Made by a program: the position numbers and the translations under genes | Part shown: positions 29,854 through 39,354 of the stretch, piece after piece | How positions within the stretch are numbered: the stretch's first letter is position 1 | Layout: each line of letters starts with the position of its first letter | The notes under the pieces: generated by a model | What the model was told of the DNA's origin: nothing | The model's input: the letters and a program-made list of their open reading frames with translations, nothing else | Databases searched by the model: none | Assembly (NCBI GenBank): GCA_021513715.1 | Contig: CP084167.1 | Coordinates: forward strand, 2,816,001-2,880,000 | Direction of reading: 5' to 3' | Length of the DNA: 64,000 nucleotides | Source: Candidatus Heimdallarchaeum endolithica | Lineage (GTDB): Archaea > Asgardarchaeota > Heimdallarchaeia > Heimdallarchaeales > Heimdallarchaeaceae

Positions 29854-30055
29854 GAAAGTTAAGTCGTATTCAACTTTTCTTTGATTTCTTTCTTTATGTG
29901 CATGTTTTTTTTTATCCTGACACGCCGTGCCAGCTTAGAGAGTAAGTATTTTTCTTAACATCTATCTTTTTTTTTCACTCTCTACATTAATAATGTCTTT
30001 TCACTATTTAAACACCAATTTTTTAATTTGACAAAAATGTACAAAAAAGCTCTTC
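29703..30055 (-). mobile_element. 353-bp non-coding derivative (MITE-like) of the tnpB element family
   Basis: Minus-strand right end GAGAGCAAGATTGGCGTACAAAAA...TGTACAAAAATTAAGTTGAT is near-identical to 18679-18726. Left junction TCAT|GAAGAGCTTTTTTGTACA. No ORF. Confidence 0.8.
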
Positions 30056-30195
30056 ATGAGTTTCCAATAAAATGATTTTTGTCAATTGTTTTCCACAAAA
30101 TATAGCTGTAGTTTTAAACCCATTTATCTAAACATTTTTAAGAGATTAAAAATGATGAAAATTGTAATCTAATTTAAGCATTTGGAGTTTTTATC

Positions 30196-30507
30196 ATGAC
30201 GAATGAACTAAATGACAAACAAGATGATTTAGAGATTATCTCTGATAAAATCGTTGTAGGACCTGATAGATTAACTCGTTTTGAACGTGCAAGGATAATC
30301 GGCGCAAGGGCCTTACAATTAAGCATGGGCGCTCCAGTTCTTTTAAATTTAGAAAATGCTGATACAAAATCTCCAATTGTAATTGCTGAATTAGAGTTAA
30401 GAGCTAAAATACTTCCAATAAGTATTCGTAGAGAATTTCCAAATAAAACGTATCAAATTATCCCTATTCAAAAACTGAGGGATATTCAAGCAATACGTGA
30501 ACTCTAG
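30196..30507 (+). CDS. rpoK: RNA polymerase subunit Rpo6 (K)
   Basis: LTRFERARIIGARALQLSMGAP...LPISIRR. Confidence 0.97.
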   Translation: MTNELNDKQDDLEIISDKIVVGPDRLTRFERARIIGARALQLSMGAPVLLNLENADTKSPIVIAELELRAKILPISIRREFPNKTYQIIPIQKLRDIQAIREL

Positions 30508-30575
30508 TTTCGAATTAGAACTAATCAAAACAAATAAAAAGCTATATTAAAGCAAGCACACAAGAGAGGATAATT

Positions 30576-30881
30576 ATGGTAAAAATACCCACAAAAATGT
30601 CTAAATATTGCCCTAATTGTAAGAAACATGTAGAAATGAAAGTTAAACAAGAGAAGTCAGCTAGAAGAGGAGGAGGATTTGGAGCTACTGCTAGAAAAGA
30701 AAAGATACGAAGACGTGGATATGGAAATCTAGGTAAATATAGTAAAAGGGCAGTAACCCAAACAAAAATGGCATCTAAAACCTCTAAAAAAGTAGACCTT
30801 CGACTTACTTGTCCTGAGTGCAAGAAAGTTTGGGTTTTGAGCTATCCTCGAACTAAAAGAACAGAATTTGTTAAAGTATAA
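30576..30881 (+). CDS. rpl44e: 50S ribosomal protein L44e (eL42)
   Basis: MVKIP..YCPNCKKH and KTSKKVDLRLTCPECKK. Confidence 0.95.
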   Translation: MVKIPTKMSKYCPNCKKHVEMKVKQEKSARRGGGFGATARKEKIRRRGYGNLGKYSKRAVTQTKMASKTSKKVDLRLTCPECKKVWVLSYPRTKRTEFVKV

Positions 30882-31039
30882 TTTCTATTCTTTAATTATT
30901 CTCTTATTTTTAAGCCATTTTTTATTTTACTATAGTTTTGATTTTCTAAAAATATAAACAATCATTTAGTAATACTTATTATTAATATTGTAGACCGCAA
31001 CAAAACAGAGAATCTTCTGGAAACAGAGGAGGTAAAAAA

Positions 31040-32182
31040 ATGGGTATGCTTTACGAGTATGAAGCTAAGGAATTGTTTAGAAAACACGGGATTCCAACTC
31101 CCGCTAATAAATTATATAAAAATAAAGAAAGTATTGATGATTTTGTAAAAGAAATTAATCAAGAAACATTTATGGCAAAAGGTCAAGCTCTTGCTGGAGG
31201 AAGAGGAAAGGCAGGATTAATAAAGAAAGTTACTGCTGAAGAAGCTGAAAATTACATTAAGAGTATAATTGGTAGAGATCATAAAGGGAAACCAGTTCAG
31301 CAAGTAATGTTAGAAGAACCTATGACAATTGCAAAAGAATATTATCTCGCAATTATGATTAACAATGCAACAGGAAACTACCACGTTCTTTCTTCAAGTA
31401 TGGGTGGTGTTGACATCGAGTCAGTTGCAAAAGAGCATCCTGAAGCGATTTTTAGACAAGATTTACCTATCGATTTTGAACCCTTACCTTATCAATTTGT
31501 GGATTTAGGGAAAAAATTAGGTTTTCAAGGTCGAGTTTTGAATCAATTTACCAGTATTATGGTAAAAATGTTTTCAATGGCAATTAGTGAAGATTTAACT
31601 TTAGTCGAAATTAATCCACTTATTCTAACAGAAGATAACAAACTTATCGCAGCAGATGCTAAAGTCGTTGTAGATAAAAACGCATATTATAGAAACAAGG
31701 ATCTAGCACAATTGAAGTCCCAAGTCGATCAATATACAGAACTTGAACTCGAAGCAACTGAAGCAGGGATATCCTACGTTGAACTTGAGGGAGAAATAGG
31801 TATAATTGCTTGTGGTGCTGGATTATCAATGGCAACTTGTGACCTTTTGGAGTATTATGGTAGTTCTCCTGCAAATTTCCTTGATGTTGGCGGTGGAGCA
31901 GATAGGGAGAAAGTCCATAAAGCTTTAGACATTTTATCTAGAGAAAAAATAAAAGGTATATTTATCAACGTTTTTGGTGGTATAACCCGCTGTGATGAAG
32001 TTGCTCGTGGAATTATCAGCGCAAAAGAAGAATTGAATATAAAAATTCCAATGGTTATTCGACTAATAGGAACGAATGACAAAGAGGGAATAAAAATATT
32101 AGAAGAAAATGGTTTTCATGCTTTTGGTGAAATGAAACCTGCAGCAAAGAAAATAGTTGAACTTGTTAAAGGAGGAAATTAA
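31040..32182 (+). CDS. sucC: Succinyl-CoA synthetase beta subunit
   Basis: LYEYEAKELF, GGRGKAG, EINPL, GAGLSMAT, PANFLDVGGG and FGGITRCD. SD-like GAGGAGG upstream. Confidence 0.95.
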   Translation: MGMLYEYEAKELFRKHGIPTPANKLYKNKESIDDFVKEINQETFMAKGQALAGGRGKAGLIKKVTAEEAENYIKSIIGRDHKGKPVQQVMLEEPMTIAKEYYLAIMINNATGNYHVLSSSMGGVDIESVAKEHPEAIFRQDLPIDFEPLPYQFVDLGKKLGFQGRVLNQFTSIMVKMFSMAISEDLTLVEINPLILTEDNKLIAADAKVVVDKNAYYRNKDLAQLKSQVDQYTELELEATEAGISYVELEGEIGIIACGAGLSMATCDLLEYYGSSPANFLDVGGGADREKVHKALDILSREKIKGIFINVFGGITRCDEVARGIISAKEELNIKIPMVIRLIGTNDKEGIKILEENGFHAFGEMKPAAKKIVELVKGGN

Positions 32183-32183
32183 G

Positions 32184-33059
32184 ATGGCAATTTTATTAGA
32201 TGAAAATACAAAAGTAATTGTTCAAGGTATAACAGGAAAACAAGGACGTTTTCACGCTAAATCAATGTTAGACTATGGAACAAAAGTTGTAGCTGGTGTC
32301 ACTCCAGGAAAAGGAGGAGAGGAAGTACATGGGGTGCCTGTGTTTGATAGCGTAAAGGAAGCTGTTGATGCAACAAATGCAGAAGCTTCAGTTATTTTTG
32401 TTCCAGCACCCTTTGTTTATTCTGCAGCAATGGAAGCTATAGACGCAGGAATAAAACTTCTAGTAATAATTACAGAAGGAGTACCAGTAAAAGATTCAGC
32501 CAAAATACGTAAGAAATGCAAAGAAACAAATGTTCAACTTATAGGGCCCAACTGTCCTGGATTAATTACTCCTGGGAAGAGTAAGATAGGAATTATTCCT
32601 GGACAAATTTGTATGCCTGGTAATGTAGGAATTGTTAGCAGAAGCGGAACCCTAACATATGAAATCATTCAAAACCTTACTCTTAATGGGTTAGGCCAGA
32701 GTACTTGTGTTGGTTTAGGAGGAGATCCAGTTCATGGTATAGATTTTACTGAAGCTCTTGAAATGTTTGAAAATGATGAGCAAACTGAACATATTATCTT
32801 GGTAGGAGAAATAGGTGGTACAGGAGAACAAGAAGCTGCAGAGTTAATAAAAGAAAAAATCACTAAACCTGTTTATGCTTTTATTGCTGGAAATGGAAGC
32901 TGGGTTAAACCTGGAAAACAAATGGGACACGCAGGAGCTATTGTCCAAGGTGAATCAGGGACTGCTAAAGCAAAAATGGAAATTCTTTCAAAAGCAGGAG
33001 TAGTCACGGTTCGTACACCTCAAGAAATACCCGAAAAAATTAAAGAAAAGAGTAGTTAA
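32184..33059 (+). CDS. sucD: Succinyl-CoA synthetase alpha subunit
   Basis: VQGITG, GVTPGKGG, IGPNCPG, SRSGTLTYE, GEIGG and MGHAGA. Start set at MAILL after a GGAGG SD. Confidence 0.95.
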   Translation: MAILLDENTKVIVQGITGKQGRFHAKSMLDYGTKVVAGVTPGKGGEEVHGVPVFDSVKEAVDATNAEASVIFVPAPFVYSAAMEAIDAGIKLLVIITEGVPVKDSAKIRKKCKETNVQLIGPNCPGLITPGKSKIGIIPGQICMPGNVGIVSRSGTLTYEIIQNLTLNGLGQSTCVGLGGDPVHGIDFTEALEMFENDEQTEHIILVGEIGGTGEQEAAELIKEKITKPVYAFIAGNGSWVKPGKQMGHAGAIVQGESGTAKAKMEILSKAGVVTVRTPQEIPEKIKEKSS

Positions 33060-33079
33060 CCTCTCTTTTAATCTCTTTT

Positions 33080-34240
33080 TTATGTATTGAAAGTTTTTTC
33101 GAAATTGTAGGGGGTATCATGTCCAAAACGTAGGTGTATAGAATAGGAAATTGAAATAGTAAAAGATTGTGAAATATTAAAATCTGAAGTAGGAACTATA
33201 ATTGAACCTCCAATAGTTAAATCCCCTTCTTTTTGATAGAAAGAGTACCAGTACATGTAAGCTAACTCTTTATCATTTTGTATTAGAGTAATATTGAAGT
33301 TTTTCAATACTTTATTCCATGTTCCATCGTGTGAAAAATAGATCTTATAAGCAATAAAGTAAATTTCTCCATCATCATATTGTTGAATTTGAACAAGGCT
33401 GATGTCTTTAATTCCTGTTTCTAAGTTCCTGTTACTTACAATAGTATCTAATATTGGAATAAAAATTATTAAAGAAATAATAAATACAACTGATATAATA
33501 ACCTTATTTCTAGATTTTTTATCTCTAAAAGTGTTAACAACTTTGTTTTTGATTCTTTTTGGCAATTGTTGAAAATATCTGAAAATCTTATCTTTAACAC
33601 TAACTTTTTCTTTTTTTGTATTTTCTTCTTTGCATTTTTCTTCTTTCTCTTCTTTTTTTTCTTTCTCTTCTTCTGGGCTTAATATTAAGTAAATTAAGAC
33701 AATAATTAGAAATCCTATGACTAGATATTGAATAAAAGGATAGGCGCTTAACCATAATCTCAAATAACCTATTTTTGGTATTAAAAACACTGTTTTTCCT
33801 AAAATTGCATCATAAGGAATTAATGTTGATGAAATATTGTAAGAATCAACATAATTATTACTATCTGGGTTATCTCCACTTACTCGATAATAATATTCTA
33901 TTCCTTCATTCGTCGAAACTTTGGTTATATTAATTACTCTATGAATTATAAGTAATTTCTTTGAATCAGGAATACTGGGGTTGAGATTGCTGCGATAAAC
34001 TATTACATCCCCCATGTGAATATTATCAGGTTTTGACTTAACAATAAGAAACATGTCCCCTTGATCATAGGTTGGCCACATACTTGAATGAGGTCCATTT
34101 TCGATAACAACAAGTGATGTTCCTAGTATTCCTCCTGTTAGCATTTTAAGGATGACAAACATGATTGATGCTATGATGATAAATGAGAAAACATCTTTCC
34201 ACTTAATTTTAGATAAATATTCAGAAATTGACTGAGACAT
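33080..34240 (-). CDS. Signal peptidase I (Sec11/S26B type) with extended C-terminal membrane and extracellular region
   Basis: SSMWPTYDQGD, GDVIVY, IIHRV, SGDN and IPKIG. Confidence 0.85.
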   Translation of the reverse strand: MSQSISEYLSKIKWKDVFSFIIIASIMFVILKMLTGGILGTSLVVIENGPHSSMWPTYDQGDMFLIVKSKPDNIHMGDVIVYRSNLNPSIPDSKKLLIIHRVINITKVSTNEGIEYYYRVSGDNPDSNNYVDSYNISSTLIPYDAILGKTVFLIPKIGYLRLWLSAYPFIQYLVIGFLIIVLIYLILSPEEEKEKKEEKEEKCKEENTKKEKVSVKDKIFRYFQQLPKRIKNKVVNTFRDKKSRNKVIISVVFIISLIIFIPILDTIVSNRNLETGIKDISLVQIQQYDDGEIYFIAYKIYFSHDGTWNKVLKNFNITLIQNDKELAYMYWYSFYQKEGDLTIGGSIIVPTSDFNISQSFTISISYSIHLRFGHDTPYNFEKTFNT

Positions 34241-34312
34241 TGATTGATGGAAGTGATTTCCATTTTTAAATATTTACTTTTTTATCGGAAAAAACTTAAG
34301 CACAGATTCTAA

Positions 34313-34618
34313 TTGACAACTATAATGTTTAAGCAGATCGCAGCAGATATTGATAAAATAAGGTGGGAATATAAAAATAAAATTCTTTTTATAGAGATTA
34401 CAGGTTTCCTAAGAAGTGCTGGATACACTTTAATCGAACCAAAAGTTAAAATTTCTGAACACGAAAAAAAGATTTCTATTTCCCTTTTATCAAGAAGAAA
34501 AAAAAATATTGCCACTCAAGCTTTAGTTCCTTTTACTAAAAAAATAGAGTTTTCTATTTCATCTAAAGGTACTTGGCAAGTTATTTGTAACGATAAAGAA
34601 GAAATCATCGATATTTAA
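34313..34618 (+). CDS. Hypothetical small beta-sandwich protein
   Basis: 101-aa ORF with plausible composition in a gene-sized gap. Confidence 0.55.
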   Translation: MTTIMFKQIAADIDKIRWEYKNKILFIEITGFLRSAGYTLIEPKVKISEHEKKISISLLSRRKKNIATQALVPFTKKIEFSISSKGTWQVICNDKEEIIDI

Positions 34619-34719
34619 ACCTGTAATTTAGTTTTTTGATAGTATTTTTTTTTATTCATCAAAAAATATTTTCTTCTGTTACACAAAAGTTTAATTATGT
34701 CTTTTTTGTCGGTTATTGT

Positions 34720-35073
34720 ATGGGTACTGATACAAAAGATTCTCTCTATTTATTATCAAGAGAATACTTGAAAAGATATGGAAAAATAATAGATGATCTT
34801 TCAGAAATAGAAGGACTAAAAAGAAGTGCAATAAAATTTCTAGTTAAGGTAAAGAATCACTTTCTAGGTGTTTGGATTCTGGATTGGAAAAGGAATGTGG
34901 GGACAGATAAAATTATACATATTGAACGTTTAATCCAAAGATCAAACCTTAGTGGTGGATTTATTATCACTAATAAGTTCTCTTCAAATGCAAGACAACT
35001 TGCAGAACAGACTGACAGTTTGATTTTAATTGAAAAATCTGAAATTTTATATCACTCAAAAGGCACATTTTAA
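34720..35073 (+). CDS. Mrr-like PD-(D/E)XK fold protein, probably degenerate
   Basis: DWKRNVGTDKI..GGFIITNKFSSNARQLA..LILIE resembles the Mrr catalytic-domain C-terminal pattern. Start set at MGTDT. Confidence 0.6.
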   Translation: MGTDTKDSLYLLSREYLKRYGKIIDDLSEIEGLKRSAIKFLVKVKNHFLGVWILDWKRNVGTDKIIHIERLIQRSNLSGGFIITNKFSSNARQLAEQTDSLILIEKSEILYHSKGTF

Positions 35074-35202
35074 CTTTTAATATTTCTTTAATTTATTTTA
35101 ATTAGACTGTCTCTTTTGTTCACTTTTTAGATAAGAAATATAATAAGACTATCGCTACTTTTTTAAATTATAAATTCGTAATATTTTTAGAAACTCATAA
35201 AA

Positions 35203-35610
35203 GTGATTAATATGATGAAAAAAAGAGGTGTTTCTCCAGTAATTGCAACAGTATTGCTTATAGCTCTAGTAACAGCTGCTGCAGCTATTGTATTTTTGGT
35301 AGTTTTACCAATGGTTCAGAATCCTGGTGCACAAGCATTGATTACTACTCCAAATGGAGCTATTGATAATGGAAATGGCACTATGACTTTTAATTTCCAG
35401 ATTAAAGCGACAGGAGGAGATATTACAGTCACTGATGTAACTGTGTCTCCAACAGTAACAGTTAGTTTTACTGCTATAACAATAAGTGCAGAATCTACTC
35501 AAACAGTACAAGTTTGGGGAGCATTTACTGATAATACAGAATATACATTTACTTTTACTTTTACATCAGGAGATAGTTCTTTCACTGAAACAGTATCTGT
35601 AACAGCATAA
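35203..35610 (+). CDS. Archaeal type IV pilin-like protein
   Basis: Class III signal KKRG|VSPVIATVLLIALV followed by a Thr-rich beta domain. Confidence 0.9.
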   Translation: MINMMKKRGVSPVIATVLLIALVTAAAAIVFLVVLPMVQNPGAQALITTPNGAIDNGNGTMTFNFQIKATGGDITVTDVTVSPTVTVSFTAITISAESTQTVQVWGAFTDNTEYTFTFTFTSGDSSFTETVSVTA

Positions 35611-35706
35611 AACAGTTTTTCTTTTTCTTATTTTTTATTTATTTATTTTGTTTTTAGAAATTTGCTTATATTTATAACCTATTAAGTTTACACTTATACG
35701 AGAGTA

Positions 35707-36408
35707 ATGGAAAGCGCTGCAAAGTTGTTATTTCAATCTATTAGCTCTATATACGATTCAACAATTAGTAGTAGCGCGCTTCAATCTCAAATCTGTTTTA
35801 AATCTTTAAATAAACCCACTTATTATTATGGGATACGTTTAAACGATTCTATTATTCCTGATAGATTAATTATAAGAATTACAGAGAATAAAAAGGATAT
35901 TTTCATTGATCTATTATGGTTAGTTAATTCTCATGATTTTATAATTAAAAATTGTGCACTATTCTCTTATCAAAAAAAGAAAATTACATGTTCTTCAAAT
36001 TCAAAAGAAGTTAAAATCCTACTAGAGCAAGATCCTTCTATTTCAGCTTGTTATGATGATCTTATAAAAGTAGAGGGATTATTTCAGAAAATTCTTGTAG
36101 GTTCTAAATATTGCTATTTTCAGAAAGTTTTCGATGAAATAGGGGTTGACTTTGATAAAATTCCAACACAATCATTTGCTATCTCTAGAAGTGTTTTAAA
36201 ACAAAAAGAATTAAGTAACCTTCAGTATCAAGACTTTGCAATTAATTCTTTTATTGCAATAATTGATATTGTACAACGTTCATTTGAATTATTAGATTTA
36301 CAAAGAAAAGGAGAAAAAAATATAAGCAAAGTATACTACTGTGTTCGTTGTGGTTATAAAATTCCATCTTCCTCTTACTTTTGCCCTTTTTGTGGTGCAA
36401 AACAATAG
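35707..36408 (+). CDS. Hypothetical protein with C-terminal zinc ribbon
   Basis: YCVRCG...FCPFCGAKQ. Confidence 0.7.
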   Translation: MESAAKLLFQSISSIYDSTISSSALQSQICFKSLNKPTYYYGIRLNDSIIPDRLIIRITENKKDIFIDLLWLVNSHDFIIKNCALFSYQKKKITCSSNSKEVKILLEQDPSISACYDDLIKVEGLFQKILVGSKYCYFQKVFDEIGVDFDKIPTQSFAISRSVLKQKELSNLQYQDFAINSFIAIIDIVQRSFELLDLQRKGEKNISKVYYCVRCGYKIPSSSYFCPFCGAKQ

Positions 36409-36516
36409 ATACACTTACTATTGCTTTTTTATTTTACCTCTTGTTCTTAATTAAATCCAGTTATGAAAAAAGATGGACAATAAGGCTTATTTATAAGAGA
36501 TTTATAAGACTTTTCA

Positions 36517-37230
36517 ATGATTGTAGAAGACGTTTCCAAACCACTAAGTTCTACAGAATTAGAAGAGCTAATACATGTCTTATATAGCAAGGAGATATCT
36601 GTTAAAGAGTTTGTTGATTCTATAAAGACATCTAGAGATGAGACAATTTCATTAATTAAACATGAAAATGTCGTCTATGGTTATTTTCTGTGGGCAAAAG
36701 ATGAAGAAATAGATGAAGAGGAAAATAAAGTGCTGCAATCTATTTTTACGATTGAAGATTTGGTATGTATTCCTTCATTCGAAAATTTAAAGGTTAAAGG
36801 GGAATTAGTTTCAATAATTGAAGAAAATGCAAGAAGTAAAGGCTGTAATTTAATAGAAATATCTGTTCCAAGCCAATCTTTTAATATTATTTCAATATTT
36901 TTAGAAAGCAACAAGTACGAGCTTACTTCTTTAAGAGTAAGTAAGGAACTTGAGAGAAAGACTGAATTCGTAAAGATCTATACTGGTATTGAAAAATATA
37001 TTAAACCCCAATTAGTTGAATTACTAGTTTCAAAAGAAGGGACATATCAATTAGAATTGATAGAAGAACCTTCAGATTACAAAAATATTTTAGAACAAGG
37101 TTTCAGTCCTGAAATAGTTAGCGTGATTTTTGATTTAGAAGAAAGAAATACTGATGAGTTATTTGAAAAAATTAATGAAGTTACTGATTGGCAAGAGTTT
37201 TCAATTACCTTAATCTCATATCTAAGCTAA
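36517..37230 (+). CDS. Acidic GNAT-like protein
   Basis: VYGYFL, IEDLVCIPSF and ARSKGCNLIEISV follow a GNAT topology with a degenerate acetyl-CoA motif. Confidence 0.5.
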   Translation: MIVEDVSKPLSSTELEELIHVLYSKEISVKEFVDSIKTSRDETISLIKHENVVYGYFLWAKDEEIDEEENKVLQSIFTIEDLVCIPSFENLKVKGELVSIIEENARSKGCNLIEISVPSQSFNIISIFLESNKYELTSLRVSKELERKTEFVKIYTGIEKYIKPQLVELLVSKEGTYQLELIEEPSDYKNILEQGFSPEIVSVIFDLEERNTDELFEKINEVTDWQEFSITLISYLS

Positions 37231-37976
37231 TTTTTTAACTTTTTTAATATTTTTCTCGTATTGCTTGGTTTATTTGTAATTATTCCATCTACATCTAGCT
37301 TTAAACATTTTTTTATAGCCCTCTTTCTATCTACTGTCCAAGTAACAACCTTTTTGTTTAGCTTTCTGAAGTATTGAATGTTTGTTCTGTTAAGAAAAAG
37401 GTAATATGGATTTACGCTATCAATATATTCATTTTTAATGAACTCTTTTACTTTCTTACTGGGATATAGAAAAAGAAAAGCAAGAGAAAAACCCAATTTC
37501 TTTTCTTTTAATTCTTCAACGACTTCCTTATAGAATGAACTAACCATTATTTTGGAATAATCAATATTAATTCCTTTAAGGAAATCATAAAATTGTTCTT
37601 TTTTTATTTTACATTTTACTTCTACATTAATACTAATTGAAGGAATAAATTGGTTTAAAACGTCTTCAAGTAATGGTATATTTTCATTGTTGGGTAATAC
37701 AATTTGATTTAATTCTTTAAGAGAAGTTTCTTCAATTATGTAGGATTGGTTTTTATATTTTATTTTGGGATCATGGTGTACAACAAAAAAGCCATCTTTA
37801 GTTAAATGAGTATCTAATTCGATCATATCTGCCCCTTGTTCAACAGCTAAATTAAAAGCTGAAAAACTATTTTCATAAGCTTCATCTGAAGCTCCTCTAT
37901 GTGCAATAATAAGTGGATTATTTATCATTAGTTTTTCTAAATTTTCATTCAAATAAATGCTTTTCCCCTTTTTCAA
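37227..37976 (-). CDS. Glycerophosphodiester phosphodiesterase
   Basis: IAHRGAS..ENS, IELD, VHHD, NVEVK, SSF, WTVD and DGIITN. Confidence 0.93.
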   Translation of the reverse strand: MKKGKSIYLNENLEKLMINNPLIIAHRGASDEAYENSFSAFNLAVEQGADMIELDTHLTKDGFFVVHHDPKIKYKNQSYIIEETSLKELNQIVLPNNENIPLLEDVLNQFIPSISINVEVKCKIKKEQFYDFLKGINIDYSKIMVSSFYKEVVEELKEKKLGFSLAFLFLYPSKKVKEFIKNEYIDSVNPYYLFLNRTNIQYFRKLNKKVVTWTVDRKRAIKKCLKLDVDGIITNKPSNTRKILKKLKN

Positions 37977-38028
37977 TTATAAAGAAACACACTTAAAAAC
38001 GTTGAAAAAAAAGTTCTTTGAGAAAGAA

Positions 38029-39282
38029 ATGACTTATAAAATTAAAAATATAAATCTAGCTGAAGAAGGAAGAAAAAAAATAGAGTGGGCAGAAAGCAGG
38101 ATGCCTGTAATGATGAAGTTGAGAGAAGAATTTTCTAAAACTAAGCCTTTAGAGGGAATGAGAATAGCTGGATGTTTACATGTAACAAAAGAGACTGCTG
38201 TGTTAGTTGAAACACTTGTTCTTGCTGGAGCAGAGGTTTCTTGGAGTGGGTGTAATCCGTTGTCTACAAAAGATGATATAGCAGCTGCTTTAGCAGCAAA
38301 TGATATCTCAATTTTTGCTTGGCATGGAATGACAACTGAAGAATTTTATTGGGCTATAGATAAAACTCTTGAATTTAAACCTACATTGACTCTTGATGAT
38401 GGAGCAGATTTAATATTTAGAATACATTCAGAGTTTCCCCATTTAGCAGAAAATATTATCGGTGGGACTGAAGAAACAACTACTGGTGTTCACAGACTAA
38501 GGGCAATGGAAAAAGCAAATAAGCTATTATACCCTATAATTGCAGTCAATGATACTCCAACTAAATGGCAATTTGATAATGTATATGGAACAGGACAGTC
38601 AACTATCGATGGAATATTAAGAGCAACAAACATTCTTATTGCAGGTAAAACTTTTGTTGTAGCAGGTTATGGCCATTGTGGAAGAGGAGTAGCTAAAAGA
38701 GCATCAGGTTTAGGTGCAAATGTTATAGTTACAGAAGTAGACCCTGTTGAAGCATTAAAAGCCACATTAGAAGGCTTTAGAGTAATGAAAATGGTTGACG
38801 CTGCTGAGATAGGTGATATTTTTGTAACTGCAACAGGAATGAAAGATGTAATAACTAAGGAACACTTTGAAAAAATGAAAGATGGGGCAATAATCTGTAA
38901 CACTGGTCACTATGATGTTGAAATTAACATTAATCATTTAGAGGAGTTAGCTGTTGAGAAAAGAGAATTAAGGATAAATAATGAAGAATATAAATTAAAA
39001 GATGGAAGAAGATTATATTTGCTTGCTAAAGGAAGACTTGTTAATCTTGCTTCTGCAGAAGGACACCCATCAGAAGTTATGGATATGTCTTTTGCAAACC
39101 AATTATTAAGTTTGATTTATCTTAAAGAAAATGGAGGAAACTTAAAGAAGAAAGTGTATGATGTCTCAGAAGAGCAAGATAAGAGGGTGGCTAGTTTGAA
39201 ATTGAAGTTAATGGGTTATGAAATTGATGAATTAACAGAAGAACAGAAGCAATATAGAGACGCTTTCTTTGAAGGAACATAA
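38029..39282 (+). CDS. ahcY: S-adenosylhomocysteine hydrolase
   Basis: GCLHVTKET, CNPLST, DDGAD, EETTTG, FDNVYGTGQS, GYGHCGRG, GRLVNL and GHPSEVMDMSF. Start set at MTYKI. Confidence 0.97.
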   Translation: MTYKIKNINLAEEGRKKIEWAESRMPVMMKLREEFSKTKPLEGMRIAGCLHVTKETAVLVETLVLAGAEVSWSGCNPLSTKDDIAAALAANDISIFAWHGMTTEEFYWAIDKTLEFKPTLTLDDGADLIFRIHSEFPHLAENIIGGTEETTTGVHRLRAMEKANKLLYPIIAVNDTPTKWQFDNVYGTGQSTIDGILRATNILIAGKTFVVAGYGHCGRGVAKRASGLGANVIVTEVDPVEALKATLEGFRVMKMVDAAEIGDIFVTATGMKDVITKEHFEKMKDGAIICNTGHYDVEININHLEELAVEKRELRINNEEYKLKDGRRLYLLAKGRLVNLASAEGHPSEVMDMSFANQLLSLIYLKENGGNLKKKVYDVSEEQDKRVASLKLKLMGYEIDELTEEQKQYRDAFFEGT

Positions 39283-39354
39283 AATCAGAGACAAATCGAC
39301 GGAAGATTTTTAGACTAGAAATAAGTATCTCAATATATAGGAAGAGGTATAGAA

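Noticed and set aside
29920-29931. 11-nt match GGCACGGCGTG between the mini-element and the tnpB coding region (~18038-18048)
   Set aside because: Too short and isolated to show a tnpB remnant or a regulatory pairing.
30542-30823. Antisense ORF over rpl44e, and the many other 60-120 aa antisense ORFs in the track
   Set aside because: Shadows of well-supported genes on the opposite strand.
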